From Marinobacter sp. (lineage in GTDB: Bacteria; Pseudomonadota; Gammaproteobacteria; Pseudomonadales; Oleiphilaceae): a stretch of 64,000 bases of DNA. The position numbers and the translations under genes were made by a program. Below the pieces are notes generated by a model. The model did not search any database. It saw only the letters and a program-made list of their open reading frames with translations, and had not been told where the DNA came from. Below are positions 46,052 to 55,210 of this stretch, in pieces. The stretch is from contig JASBRL010000175.1 in the NCBI GenBank assembly GCA_030149475.1, positions 15,708 to 79,707 of the forward strand, given 5' to 3'. Every line of letters starts with the position of its first letter. Positions within the stretch are counted from its first letter, which is position 1.

Positions 46052-47143
46052 ATGTCAGCAGCAACCTCAGCAGACCCGTTCCATCCGCTGATGGACGACA
46101 TACGCGCCTGGGCACATGCGCTGGGCTTTAGCGATATCGGCGTAACTCTGCCCGATACCGGCGAGCATGCCGAGCGGTTAAAACGCTGGCTGGCAGACGG
46201 CCTGAATGGCGAGATGGCCTATATGGCCGATCATGGCGACAAGCGTCACGAACCCCGATCCCTGCTGCCGGGAACCGCACGGGTCATTTCGGTACGCATG
46301 GACTACCTGCCATCACCGGACAAGCCCTCGGCCACCCTGGCCAACCCGGAAAAAGCCTACATTTCCCGGTACACGCTGGGCCGGGACTATCACAAGCTCA
46401 TCCGCAAGCGCCTGGCGACGCTGGCGCGGAAGATTGATGACGCCCTCGCCGGCCATCAGCATCGGGCTTTCGTGGATAGCGCTCCGGTGCTGGAACGAGC
46501 GCTCGCCCAAAGAGCCGGACTGGGATGGATCGGTAAAAACACCATGCTGCTGAATCGCAAGGCCGGGTCATTCTTTTTCCTCGGCGAAATTTTTACCAGC
46601 GCCCCGCTGCCCGTCAGTGACGCCTATGAGCAGGATCACTGCGGGCGGTGCTCGGCCTGTCAGGACCTGTGCCCCACGGGCGCCTTCCCGACACCCTACA
46701 CACTGGATGCCCGGCGTTGTATCAGTTACCTGACGATCGAACTCAAAGGCAGCATTCCGGAAGCTCTGCGACCCCTGATGGGCAACCGGGTGTTCGGTTG
46801 TGACGATTGCCAGCTGGTGTGCCCCTGGAACCGGTTCAGCAAACCGTCAGAGGAAGACGATTTCCAGCCGCGCCACCAATTGGACAACAGTGATCTGGCG
46901 ACGCTGTTCCTGTGGTCCGAAACAGAATTCCTGAGCCGCACGGAAGGCTCAGCCATTCGCCGTGCGGGTTATCTGGGCTGGCTTCGTAACCTGGCCGTCG
47001 GGTTGGGCAATGCGCCCACCACGATCCCCGTCATCGAAGCGCTTAAACAGCGGGCCGACCATCCCTCGGAACTGGTCAGGGAACATGTGCACTGGGCACT
47101 GGCCCGCCACGGCATCGGAAAAACCGGCGGCGATGCCGGCTGA
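46052..47143 (+). CDS. queG: Epoxyqueuosine reductase
   Basis: GRDYHK, FVDSAPVLER, CGRCSACQDLCP, RCISYLTIE, GCDDCQLVCPWN. Confidence 0.96.
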   Translation: MSAATSADPFHPLMDDIRAWAHALGFSDIGVTLPDTGEHAERLKRWLADGLNGEMAYMADHGDKRHEPRSLLPGTARVISVRMDYLPSPDKPSATLANPEKAYISRYTLGRDYHKLIRKRLATLARKIDDALAGHQHRAFVDSAPVLERALAQRAGLGWIGKNTMLLNRKAGSFFFLGEIFTSAPLPVSDAYEQDHCGRCSACQDLCPTGAFPTPYTLDARRCISYLTIELKGSIPEALRPLMGNRVFGCDDCQLVCPWNRFSKPSEEDDFQPRHQLDNSDLATLFLWSETEFLSRTEGSAIRRAGYLGWLRNLAVGLGNAPTTIPVIEALKQRADHPSELVREHVHWALARHGIGKTGGDAG

Positions 47144-47177
47144 TCCGCATACTGCCCACGGCCGGGTCACCGCTCCG

Positions 47178-47720
47178 CTACAGGCGAAAGAAATGCTCGC
47201 GATAATGGCGCAATTCGTTAATGGAATCGCGAATATCATCCAGCGCGAGGTGAGTCCCTTTTTTGCTGACGCCATCCAGCACATCCGGCCGCCAGCGCCT
47301 GGCCAGTTCCTTGATGGTGCTCACATCCAGGTTGCGATAATGAAAGAACCCTTCCAGTGCGGGCATATACCGGACCAGAAAGCGACGGTCCTGGCCGATA
47401 CTGTTACCACACAGGGGCGACTGCCCCGGCGCAAGGTGCTGCCGCAGAAACGCAAGCGTCTGCTGCTCGGCTTCGGACTCGGAAATACGACTGTCGCGCA
47501 CGCGCTGGGTCAAACCGGTCTGCCCATGGGTGCGGGTGCACCATTCATCCATGGCATCCAGCAGGCTGTCGGGCTGGTGCACTGCAATCACCGGGCCTTC
47601 AGCCACAACCGTCAGTTCCGAGTCGGTAACCAGCGTGGCCATTTCGATGATCCGTTCCCGCTCGGGGTCCAGACCGGTCATTTCCAGGTCAATCCAGACC
47701 AGTCGGTCGCTTGACGCCAT
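47178..47720 (-). CDS. orn: Oligoribonuclease
   Basis: [33 protein letters not shown]. Confidence 0.98.
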   Translation of the reverse strand: MASSDRLVWIDLEMTGLDPERERIIEMATLVTDSELTVVAEGPVIAVHQPDSLLDAMDEWCTRTHGQTGLTQRVRDSRISESEAEQQTLAFLRQHLAPGQSPLCGNSIGQDRRFLVRYMPALEGFFHYRNLDVSTIKELARRWRPDVLDGVSKKGTHLALDDIRDSINELRHYREHFFRL

Positions 47721-47864
47721 GCTAAATCTCCTGCTGTTCAGGGCCGCTGTACCATCCGCCCGGATGCCGACCGGACTTAATCAGAGGCTGATAGGACCAA
47801 ATGACGTATGATGAACCATCACACCCAATGAATACACGTATGATTGATGTTATGACTCCAGGCC

Positions 47865-48926
47865 ATGTCTAAACGCCGACTCAACAAACAGCAACAGTGG
47901 CGCATCCAGAAAGTCCAGGACGAGCGTGCCCAGCGGGCCGCCCGCAAGGAACGGAGCATTGACCGTCAGCTCGAAGCCAGCGAACTGGGGGCCGAGCAAG
48001 CCGGGTTAGTGATCGCTCACTACGGTCAGCAACTCGACGTCGAAGTCCTGGAAGGTGGGCGTCAGGGCCACGTTCTACGTTGTTTCGCCCGCGCCAACAT
48101 TCAGGGACTGGTCACCGGGGACCGCGTTATCTGGCGACCGGCCGCCGACGGTACCGGCGTCATCGTGGCACGGTCTGAGCGAACATCACTGCTGCAACGA
48201 CCGGACAATTTCGGTCAGCTCAAATCGGTGGCTGCCAACATCGATCACATCATTCTGGTCATTGCGCCTGAACCGGAGCCCCACGACAACCTGATCGACC
48301 GCTATCTCGTGGCGGCCGAAAGCACAGGCATTCCGACCGTTATCCTGCTGAACAAAAGCGATCTGCTCACTGACCGCAACCGACCGGTGATCGAGGCACT
48401 GCTGGCGCGCTACCGGGCGCTTGGCTACGACATTGTAACGACATCGGCTTACGGCGATAGCGGAAAACGGGCCGGCGAGCGGGCGTTCCAGGCCCTGGTC
48501 AATGGCAAGACCAGTGTATTCGTCGGCCAGTCCGGCGTCGGTAAATCCTCGATCATCCAGACCCTGCTGCCTGGCGAATCCCTGCGCGTGGGAGCGTTGT
48601 CCGAAAGCACGGGCAAAGGCACCCATACAACGACCACAGCACGCCTTTTCCACCTCAGGGGCAGCGGTGATCTGATTGACTCCCCCGGCATTCGGGAGTT
48701 CGGACTCTGGCATATGGCGCCGGACGAAATTGAACACGGCTTTCGGGAAATCCGGCCACTGATCGGGTACTGCCGTTTTCGCAACTGCCGCCACCAGGGC
48801 GAGCCTGGTTGCGCCATCGAAGCCGCCGTCAGCGAGGGCCGCATCAGCCCCCAGCGCATGCACAGTTTCCGACGGATTTTACAGGACATGGCCGAGCAGC
48901 AGGCCCGCGGCCTGGGGAGCCCCTGA
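47865..48926 (+). CDS. rsgA: Small-subunit biogenesis GTPase
   Basis: NKSD, GQSGVGKSS, GTHTTT, DSPGIREFG, CRFRNCRHQGEPGC. Confidence 0.97.
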   Translation: MSKRRLNKQQQWRIQKVQDERAQRAARKERSIDRQLEASELGAEQAGLVIAHYGQQLDVEVLEGGRQGHVLRCFARANIQGLVTGDRVIWRPAADGTGVIVARSERTSLLQRPDNFGQLKSVAANIDHIILVIAPEPEPHDNLIDRYLVAAESTGIPTVILLNKSDLLTDRNRPVIEALLARYRALGYDIVTTSAYGDSGKRAGERAFQALVNGKTSVFVGQSGVGKSSIIQTLLPGESLRVGALSESTGKGTHTTTTARLFHLRGSGDLIDSPGIREFGLWHMAPDEIEHGFREIRPLIGYCRFRNCRHQGEPGCAIEAAVSEGRISPQRMHSFRRILQDMAEQQARGLGSP

Positions 48927-48946
48927 CGACTCCCTCGCAATGCTCC

Positions 48947-49915
48947 CTACCAATTAACCTCGCCGGGTTTTGGCTTGTCAGGGAGCGCTGGCAAATCGCC
49001 CTTTTCAAGGGTTTTCAGCGCGGCATCCGATTCCTGCCTGGTAGGGGCGGTCAGGTCAATCACCGGCTCGCTGCCGCCTGACTGGCCGGCCTTTTGTTCG
49101 ATGTCTGCCATCGCTTTCTTGTTCAGCACGATAATGGAAATCCGGCGGTTGACCGGTGCCAGCGGGTTTTTCTTGTCGAACAGCACCGAATCGCTGAGCC
49201 CCACCACACGCGCTATCTGTCCTGCGCGCACACCGCCAGCCACCAGTGCCCGCCGGGCCGTGTTCGCCCGCTCGGCCGAGAGCTCCCAGTTGGTGTAACC
49301 GGGGCGACCATTGAACGGCGACGCGTCGGTATGGCCGGTAATACTGAGCTTGTTTCGAACCGAGCTGAGAGTCTTGGCCAGCTCAAACAGAATATCCTGA
49401 GAATAATACTTCAGCTGGGCGCTGCCACTGTCAAACATGGGACGCTGGGAGCGATCGACGATCTGGATACGCAGGCCCTCATCGGTGATATCGATCAGGA
49501 GCTGATCCTTGAACTTTTGCAGGGTTTCACTGCTTTCAATCTTTTTCTGCAGATCCTGGAACAGCTCTTTCATTTTGCGTTGTTCGAGTGTATCTGCCAG
49601 CTCCTGAACTTTCTCATCCTTGATCTGCATTTGATTGGGTGCCTGATCGGCCTCCGTCACCGTGGGAGTCACCGCTGTGCTCCCCCCCAGATCAATAGGG
49701 TTGGGCGTGCCACCCTCGGTAAAACCGACAGGGTCCCGGAAGTATCCTTCGATAGAGGCTTTTTGCTCCGGGGATGCCGCAGTGGTCAACCAGAGCACCA
49801 GAAAAAACGCCATCATGGCCGTGGCGAAATCGGCAAACGCCACTTTCCAGGCACCTCCGTGATGGCCTGCAGCGACTTTCTTGACTCGTTTGACGATAAT
49901 CGGCTGCTCTTCCAC
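48947..49915 (-). CDS. motB: Flagellar stator protein MotB
   Basis: HHGGAWKVAFADFATAMMAFFLVLW TM with conserved Asp; OmpA-like GHTD, NWELSAERA, NRRISI. Confidence 0.95.
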   Translation of the reverse strand: MEEQPIIVKRVKKVAAGHHGGAWKVAFADFATAMMAFFLVLWLTTAASPEQKASIEGYFRDPVGFTEGGTPNPIDLGGSTAVTPTVTEADQAPNQMQIKDEKVQELADTLEQRKMKELFQDLQKKIESSETLQKFKDQLLIDITDEGLRIQIVDRSQRPMFDSGSAQLKYYSQDILFELAKTLSSVRNKLSITGHTDASPFNGRPGYTNWELSAERANTARRALVAGGVRAGQIARVVGLSDSVLFDKKNPLAPVNRRISIIVLNKKAMADIEQKAGQSGGSEPVIDLTAPTRQESDAALKTLEKGDLPALPDKPKPGEVNW

Positions 49916-49946
49916 TTACTTGCTCACCCTGTAGCAACAGACGGAT

Positions 49947-50798
49947 CTACCTGGAACGGACGTGATCATTGAGTTCCTGAAAGAGCGGCCGCTTGTGAGA
50001 GGGCAGCGCCTTGCGCCCAAACTCAATAGCCATTTGTGGCGCCTGCCCCGAAACCGTCGCCACGATTGACGCTTTGGCGCATTCGTAGGCTTTCACTTCG
50101 TATACAGCCTGATGTTCAAGAGCTGTGGACGTTGGTCCTACGAAGCCATAGGACAGCAGAATGCCGAGAAAGGTACCGACCAGCGCGGAGGCCACTTTAA
50201 GACCAATGACCTCGGTTCCCATGCTCATGAAACTCATGGTGATGACGATACCCAGTACGGCCGCCACAATGCCGAGCCCGGGTAGCGCATCGGCCACTTT
50301 ATTCACCGCGTGGGCAGGCTCTTCAAGCTCGTGTCGGCGGCTGTCGATTTCATTGTCCATCAGCCCCTCAAGTTCGTGAGGTGCCATGTTGCCGGAACTG
50401 ATGATGCGCATGTAATCGGTGATAAACGCCATCAACTCGCTGGACTTCATTACCGCCGGATAGCGGGTAAAGATCTGACTGGACTCGGGGTTATCGATAT
50501 CCTCTTCAATCGACATCACGCCCTGCTTGCGCGACTTGTCGAAAATGTCGTAGAGCAGGCTCAGAAGATCCATGTAAAACGCCTTGTTGAACGGCGAGCC
50601 GGTCAGCAATCGCAGCGTTTTGCCAAACACATCCTTGATGGTGTGCAGAGGATTGGAAATGACAAAGGCCCCGAGAGCGGCACCCAGAATAATCAGCACC
50701 TCCGTTGGCTGCCATAACGCCAGCAACTGCCCTCCGTGCAGGACAAAGCCCCCCAACACGCTCACGAATACAACAATTGCCCCAATGATCAACGCCAT
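49947..50798 (-). CDS. motA: Flagellar stator protein MotA
   Basis: TM segments, ALPGLGIVAAVLGIV, ALVGTFLGILLSYG, AIEFGRK. Confidence 0.95.
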   Translation of the reverse strand: MALIIGAIVVFVSVLGGFVLHGGQLLALWQPTEVLIILGAALGAFVISNPLHTIKDVFGKTLRLLTGSPFNKAFYMDLLSLLYDIFDKSRKQGVMSIEEDIDNPESSQIFTRYPAVMKSSELMAFITDYMRIISSGNMAPHELEGLMDNEIDSRRHELEEPAHAVNKVADALPGLGIVAAVLGIVITMSFMSMGTEVIGLKVASALVGTFLGILLSYGFVGPTSTALEHQAVYEVKAYECAKASIVATVSGQAPQMAIEFGRKALPSHKRPLFQELNDHVRSR

Positions 50799-51140
50799 GA
50801 ATACACGCTACGCCCTAGTCAAGATAATGGAAGGCCGTCAATCTGACCCTGGGGATACCTGCAACTCCCCTTATGCGTTATTGTCGCTGGCATCATAGCA
50901 ACCCAGCGAGCCGTGCGCTAAGGAAGTGCTGATCAATTTCCTGCGCCCGGGAACCTCTGGCTCAAGCCTTCCTGCCGAATACAGTCCGCTATAGCTTATC
51001 GGCCGCGTCAGGGTTTGCTAAACTCCCGTCTCGCATTTGTAATGCCAACATTCTTTATAACACGGTCCCGCCCTGACTCAAGCGCCCGACCTCAATGGCA
51101 CCCCAACCTGGCGTGCCTGGCTAGCGGAGAACATCGTTTC

Positions 51141-52004
51141 ATGCTGGATAAGCTTTTTGTGATGAGCCAGTACCTCACCCCCCAGCGCACCGTGTCCCGG
51201 CTGGCCGGCAAACTCGCGGACTGCGAGCTGACGCCCGCCATGAAAGACCGCGTCGTTCGATGGTTTATTCATCGCTATGGGGTCGACATGAACGAGGCTC
51301 TGGAACCGGACCCTTCGCAATATCCCAGTTTCAATGCCTTTTTTACGCGAGCTCTGAAACCCGGAATTCGCCCGCTGGCCGGCGATGATTCTGTGGTGGT
51401 CAGTCCGGTCGATGGCGCGATCAGCCAGTTGGGCGAGATCCGTGATGACCGGATTGTCCAGGCCAAGGGCCAGTCCTTCAGTCTGCACGAACTCCTCGGC
51501 GGTGACGCCGACCGGGCAAAGCCGTTCAACGGCGGCCAGTTTGCCACGATTTATCTGGCCCCCAAAGACTATCATCGCATCCATATGCCGGTGGCCGGCA
51601 CCCTCCGGGAGATGGTGCACGTGCCGGGCAAGCTGTTTTCGGTCAACCCCACGACTGCGGCTCAGGTGCCCAACCTGTTTGCCCGCAATGAACGGGTCGC
51701 CGCGCTGTTTGATACCGAGTCTGGCCCCATGGCCCTGGTCCTCGTAGGCGCCATGATTGTGGGCAGCGTCGAGACCACCTGGGCCGGCATCGTTGCCCCC
51801 GGGAGCAAAGCCGTCACCACGTCACACTATGATCACATGTCCCACCCGGTTACGTTTGAGCGTGGTGACGAAATGGGGCGTTTCCGGCTCGGCTCAACCG
51901 TGGTGATGGTTTTTCCCAGAGGCGCGGTGGAATGGGAGGCCAGTCTCAGCGAAACCGGCGTCGTGAGGATGGGACAGGCTTTTGGACGGCGGCCGCAGAA
52001 CTGA
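51141..52004 (+). CDS. psd: Phosphatidylserine decarboxylase proenzyme
   Basis: FNAFFTRALK, SPVDG, YLAPKDYHRIH, RNER, LGST autocleavage site; GGAG before ATG 51141. Confidence 0.97.
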   Translation: MLDKLFVMSQYLTPQRTVSRLAGKLADCELTPAMKDRVVRWFIHRYGVDMNEALEPDPSQYPSFNAFFTRALKPGIRPLAGDDSVVVSPVDGAISQLGEIRDDRIVQAKGQSFSLHELLGGDADRAKPFNGGQFATIYLAPKDYHRIHMPVAGTLREMVHVPGKLFSVNPTTAAQVPNLFARNERVAALFDTESGPMALVLVGAMIVGSVETTWAGIVAPGSKAVTTSHYDHMSHPVTFERGDEMGRFRLGSTVVMVFPRGAVEWEASLSETGVVRMGQAFGRRPQN

Positions 52005-52021
52005 CCGGCTGCCGGGATTCA

Positions 52022-53008
52022 TCACGCCCGATCAATGGGAAAGGCAACAACCTCGCTGATGCGCGTCTTCGCCAGCTTCAGCATCAGCAGCCGGTCCAGC
52101 CCCAGCGCCACTCCGGCACACGCCGGCAAGCCACTGGCCAGAGCCGCCAGCAGTTGCCGGTCCGGCGCCATGACGGGTTTGCCAAGATGCTCCCGGCGCT
52201 GGTTATCGGCGGCAAATCGTCGGCGTTGCTCGTTCACCTCGGTCAGCTCCCAGTATCCATTACAGAGCTCCACCCCCTGAACGTATAGCTCGAACCGGTG
52301 AGCGATGGTTATCCCGTCCTTGACCGAGGTTCGCGCCAGGGCAGCCTGGCTCCCGGGATAATGACAGATAAAGGTGGCAGGTTCGCTCTGCAGAGCGGGT
52401 TCCACTTCGTGGCTCATCAACACATCGAGACAATCGTCCCGATCCAGCTCACTCGCCAGTGACTGACCCACCCAGTGCTCGCAACGGGCCGCCAGTTCGC
52501 CCCGGGTTGCCGTAAACGGGTCGAGGCCCGCGTAGTCAAGGAAACATCTACGGTAGCTCAGGCGACGAGGCCTGGGCAGATCCAGCCAGCCACATACCAG
52601 ATCGGCAACCTCGGTCATCAGTTGTTCGTCATCAAATCCGGGGCGATACCATTCCAGCAGCGAAAACTCCGGATTGTGCCGGCCGCCCCATTCTCCGTCA
52701 CGGAACGCCCGGGCAACCTGGAAAACCGGGCCCGAGCCGGCGGCCAAAAGGCGTTTCATATGGTACTCGGGGGACGTTTGTAACCACCCGCCAACGGACT
52801 CCCAGCCCGGCGGTGCAGTCAGCGAGGCGCCGATGCTGTCGAGGTTTGGCTCAGTGACACCGCAGCGGGCCAGCACAGGGGTTTCAACTTCAAGCACGGC
52901 CCGGTCCGCAAAAAAACCGCGCACATACGCCAGTTGCATGGCGCGGCTTTTCAGGGACTCCAGCGATGCTGACGGACGCCAGTCCGCCGAATCATCCGCA
53001 CTGCTCAT
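52022..53008 (-). CDS. epmA: EF-P beta-lysine ligase
   Basis: LQTSPEYHMKRLLA, HNPEFSLLEWY, RFELY, GVALGLDRL; adjacent to efp. Confidence 0.96.
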   Translation of the reverse strand: MSSADDSADWRPSASLESLKSRAMQLAYVRGFFADRAVLEVETPVLARCGVTEPNLDSIGASLTAPPGWESVGGWLQTSPEYHMKRLLAAGSGPVFQVARAFRDGEWGGRHNPEFSLLEWYRPGFDDEQLMTEVADLVCGWLDLPRPRRLSYRRCFLDYAGLDPFTATRGELAARCEHWVGQSLASELDRDDCLDVLMSHEVEPALQSEPATFICHYPGSQAALARTSVKDGITIAHRFELYVQGVELCNGYWELTEVNEQRRRFAADNQRREHLGKPVMAPDRQLLAALASGLPACAGVALGLDRLLMLKLAKTRISEVVAFPIDRA

Positions 53009-53015
53009 GTCGGTG

Positions 53016-53588
53016 TCAGCTTTTCACCCGGCTGACATATTCACCGGACCGGGTGTCTACCTTTAACACCTCGCCGATATTGATGAACAAAGGCACGTTC
53101 ACAACCGCGCCGGTGGACAGGGTTGCCGGCTTGGTGCCACCCTGTGCCGTATCGCCCTTCATGCCGGGATCGGTGTCCACAACTTCCAGCTCGACAAAAT
53201 TGGGGGGTGAGACTGACAGAGGCGTTCCGTTGTACAGGGTGACCGTGTAAACATCCTGCTCCTTGAGCCATTTGAGCACGTCAGCAACGGCATTGGCGTC
53301 CGCAGGATACTGTTCGAACGATCCGTCAGTCAGCATGAAGTGCCAGAACTCACCATCGGTGTAGAGGTACTCCATGTCCTGGTCCATGACGTCGGCCGCC
53401 TCCAGACTGTCGCCCGATTTGAACGTTCGCTCCCAGACGCGATTGGAAATCAGGTTCCGCAGCTTGACCCGGTTGAATGCCTGGCCTTTGCCGGGCTTGA
53501 CGAACTCGTTTTCGAGAATGGCGCAGGGATCGCCATCCAGCAATACTTTAAGACCGCTGCGGAATTCATTGGTAGAATATGAAGCCAT
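53016..53588 (-). CDS. efp: Elongation factor P (Lys34 type)
   Basis: KPGKGQAF loop, PGMKGDT, VPLFI, YVSR. Confidence 0.98.
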   Translation of the reverse strand: MASYSTNEFRSGLKVLLDGDPCAILENEFVKPGKGQAFNRVKLRNLISNRVWERTFKSGDSLEAADVMDQDMEYLYTDGEFWHFMLTDGSFEQYPADANAVADVLKWLKEQDVYTVTLYNGTPLSVSPPNFVELEVVDTDPGMKGDTAQGGTKPATLSTGAVVNVPLFINIGEVLKVDTRSGEYVSRVKS

Positions 53589-53624
53589 GACAATGTCACC
53601 TGAAATACGCTGTTGAGAGTCTCA

Positions 53625-53890
53625 GGAACCTCTGATCAAGCCTGTTGGCGCTTCTGGCCTGCCCTGAAAATCGGCATCAAGGCGAAGCTTCGCAGACAGG
53701 CTGGTTGCCTTTCGAGACGGCTCAACGCGGAGGCCGGTTTTCACGGCAAGCCCCAGCGGGCAAGCGTTAAGAGGCTCATTGGCCACGTGATGATTGCTGG
53801 CAAGGACGTCGGCCATTACCGGCGAATCGCGCCTTGCCAAAAAGCCTCTCAACACTTGCAGAATCGTCAATAGACTTAATCAGAGGTTCC
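53625..53890. mobile_element. 266-bp MITE with IS5-like terminal inverted repeats
   Basis: Left GGAACCTCTGATCAAGCCTGTTGGCGCTTC versus right (reverse complement) GGAACCTCTGATTAAGTCTATTGACGATTC, 25/30; flanks CTCA and CTAA; no transposase. Confidence 0.8.
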
Positions 53891-53902
53891 CTAAAAGCCG
53901 TT

Positions 53903-54946
53903 ATGATACAGCGAACCACCTCCCGGGTAGAAGCCCGTCCGCCAGATAACCCGTCAGCGACCTGGCAGAAACTACTTTCCGACTCCATCACCAGCCCCGA
54001 CAAACTGCTGCAGAGCCTGGGTCTGGACCCGGATCGCTGGCTTGCCGGCGCCCAGACAGGGCACCGTCTGTTTCCGGTACGGGTGCCAACCCCCTACCTG
54101 GGCCGCATCGAGCACGGAAATCCGCAGGACCCGCTGTTGCGCCAGGTCCTGCCGCTGGAAGACGAGGATCAGTCACAGCCCGGGTTTGTTCAGGACCCGC
54201 TTCAGGAGCGGTACGCGACCCAGGTCCCGGGCCTGATCCGGAAGTACCGTAGCCGCGCCCTGTTGATGGTGACCGGCCAGTGCGCCATCAACTGCCGTTA
54301 TTGTTTTCGGCGTCACTTCCCTTACGACGAACATCGACTGTCGACACAGGAACGCTCAGCCATTCTCAGGGCGCTGGCAGCGGATCCGGACATCAACGAA
54401 GTCATCTTCAGCGGTGGCGATCCGCTGGTGGCAAACGATCGTTTGCTTGCTCGCTGGGCGCAGGATCTGGACGCATTGCCCGGCATCCGGCGACTGCGGA
54501 TTCATACCCGTCTGCCGATCGTAATCCCCCAGCGTGTGGACGACACGCTGGTACACTGGTTATCCCGTAGCCGTCTGCAGAAAGTGATTGTAGTGCACGT
54601 CAATCACCCCCGGGAGATTGACCAGCCTGTGCGTGACGCGCTGACGCGGCTCAAGTCAACCGGGGCTACCCTGCTGAACCAGAGCGTTATTCTCAGGGGC
54701 GTGAATGACGACGCAGAAACACTGACCAGTCTCAGCGAGGCGCTGTTCGATGCAGGCGTGATGCCATACTACCTGCATGCTTTCGATCCGGTGTCGGGGG
54801 CGCATCATTTTGACGTGACCGATAACCGGGCCCGCGAACTGGTGCGAGCAATGCAATCGCAACTGCCTGGCTTTCTCGTTCCCCGCCTGGTTCGTGAGAT
54901 GCCTGGCGAACCCGGCAAAACACTGCTGGACCCGGGAAAATGCTGA
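53903..54946 (+). CDS. epmB: EF-P beta-lysylation lysine 2,3-aminomutase
   Basis: DPLLRQVLP, CAINCRYCFRRHFPY, SGGDPL, RIHTRLP, LNQSVILRGVND, PYYLH; divergent from efp. Confidence 0.95.
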   Translation: MIQRTTSRVEARPPDNPSATWQKLLSDSITSPDKLLQSLGLDPDRWLAGAQTGHRLFPVRVPTPYLGRIEHGNPQDPLLRQVLPLEDEDQSQPGFVQDPLQERYATQVPGLIRKYRSRALLMVTGQCAINCRYCFRRHFPYDEHRLSTQERSAILRALAADPDINEVIFSGGDPLVANDRLLARWAQDLDALPGIRRLRIHTRLPIVIPQRVDDTLVHWLSRSRLQKVIVVHVNHPREIDQPVRDALTRLKSTGATLLNQSVILRGVNDDAETLTSLSEALFDAGVMPYYLHAFDPVSGAHHFDVTDNRARELVRAMQSQLPGFLVPRLVREMPGEPGKTLLDPGKC

Positions 54947-55210
54947 TCAGTCCCCGCATCCCTGGCCAAGACCTGAAACGAGCGGTCGCAAGGCTGCGCC
55001 CGGACACTGTCAAAGATTGTCATTTTGAGAAGTTCTGGCTTTCTGTTCTCACTTTGCTATTTTACAGTTCCTCAGGGAAAAACTATAAAGATATGTATTA
55101 TTGGCGTTTTTCATATTTCGTCTGGCAACTCACAGACTTCCGGACGGACGGACATGAGCATGCGAGCAGAACAGTGATTGCGTCACCCCCCAACTCTGGT
55201 GTGGACCTGC

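Noticed and set aside
53613-53873. Short ORFs inside the MITE as a transposase remnant or small protein
   Set aside because: No DDE-like or other motif and no RBS
55007-55023. CTGTCA-AAGA-TTGTCAT as a Pho box upstream of fimW
   Set aside because: Repeat period is 10 bp, not the 11 bp of PhoB boxes; single weak instance
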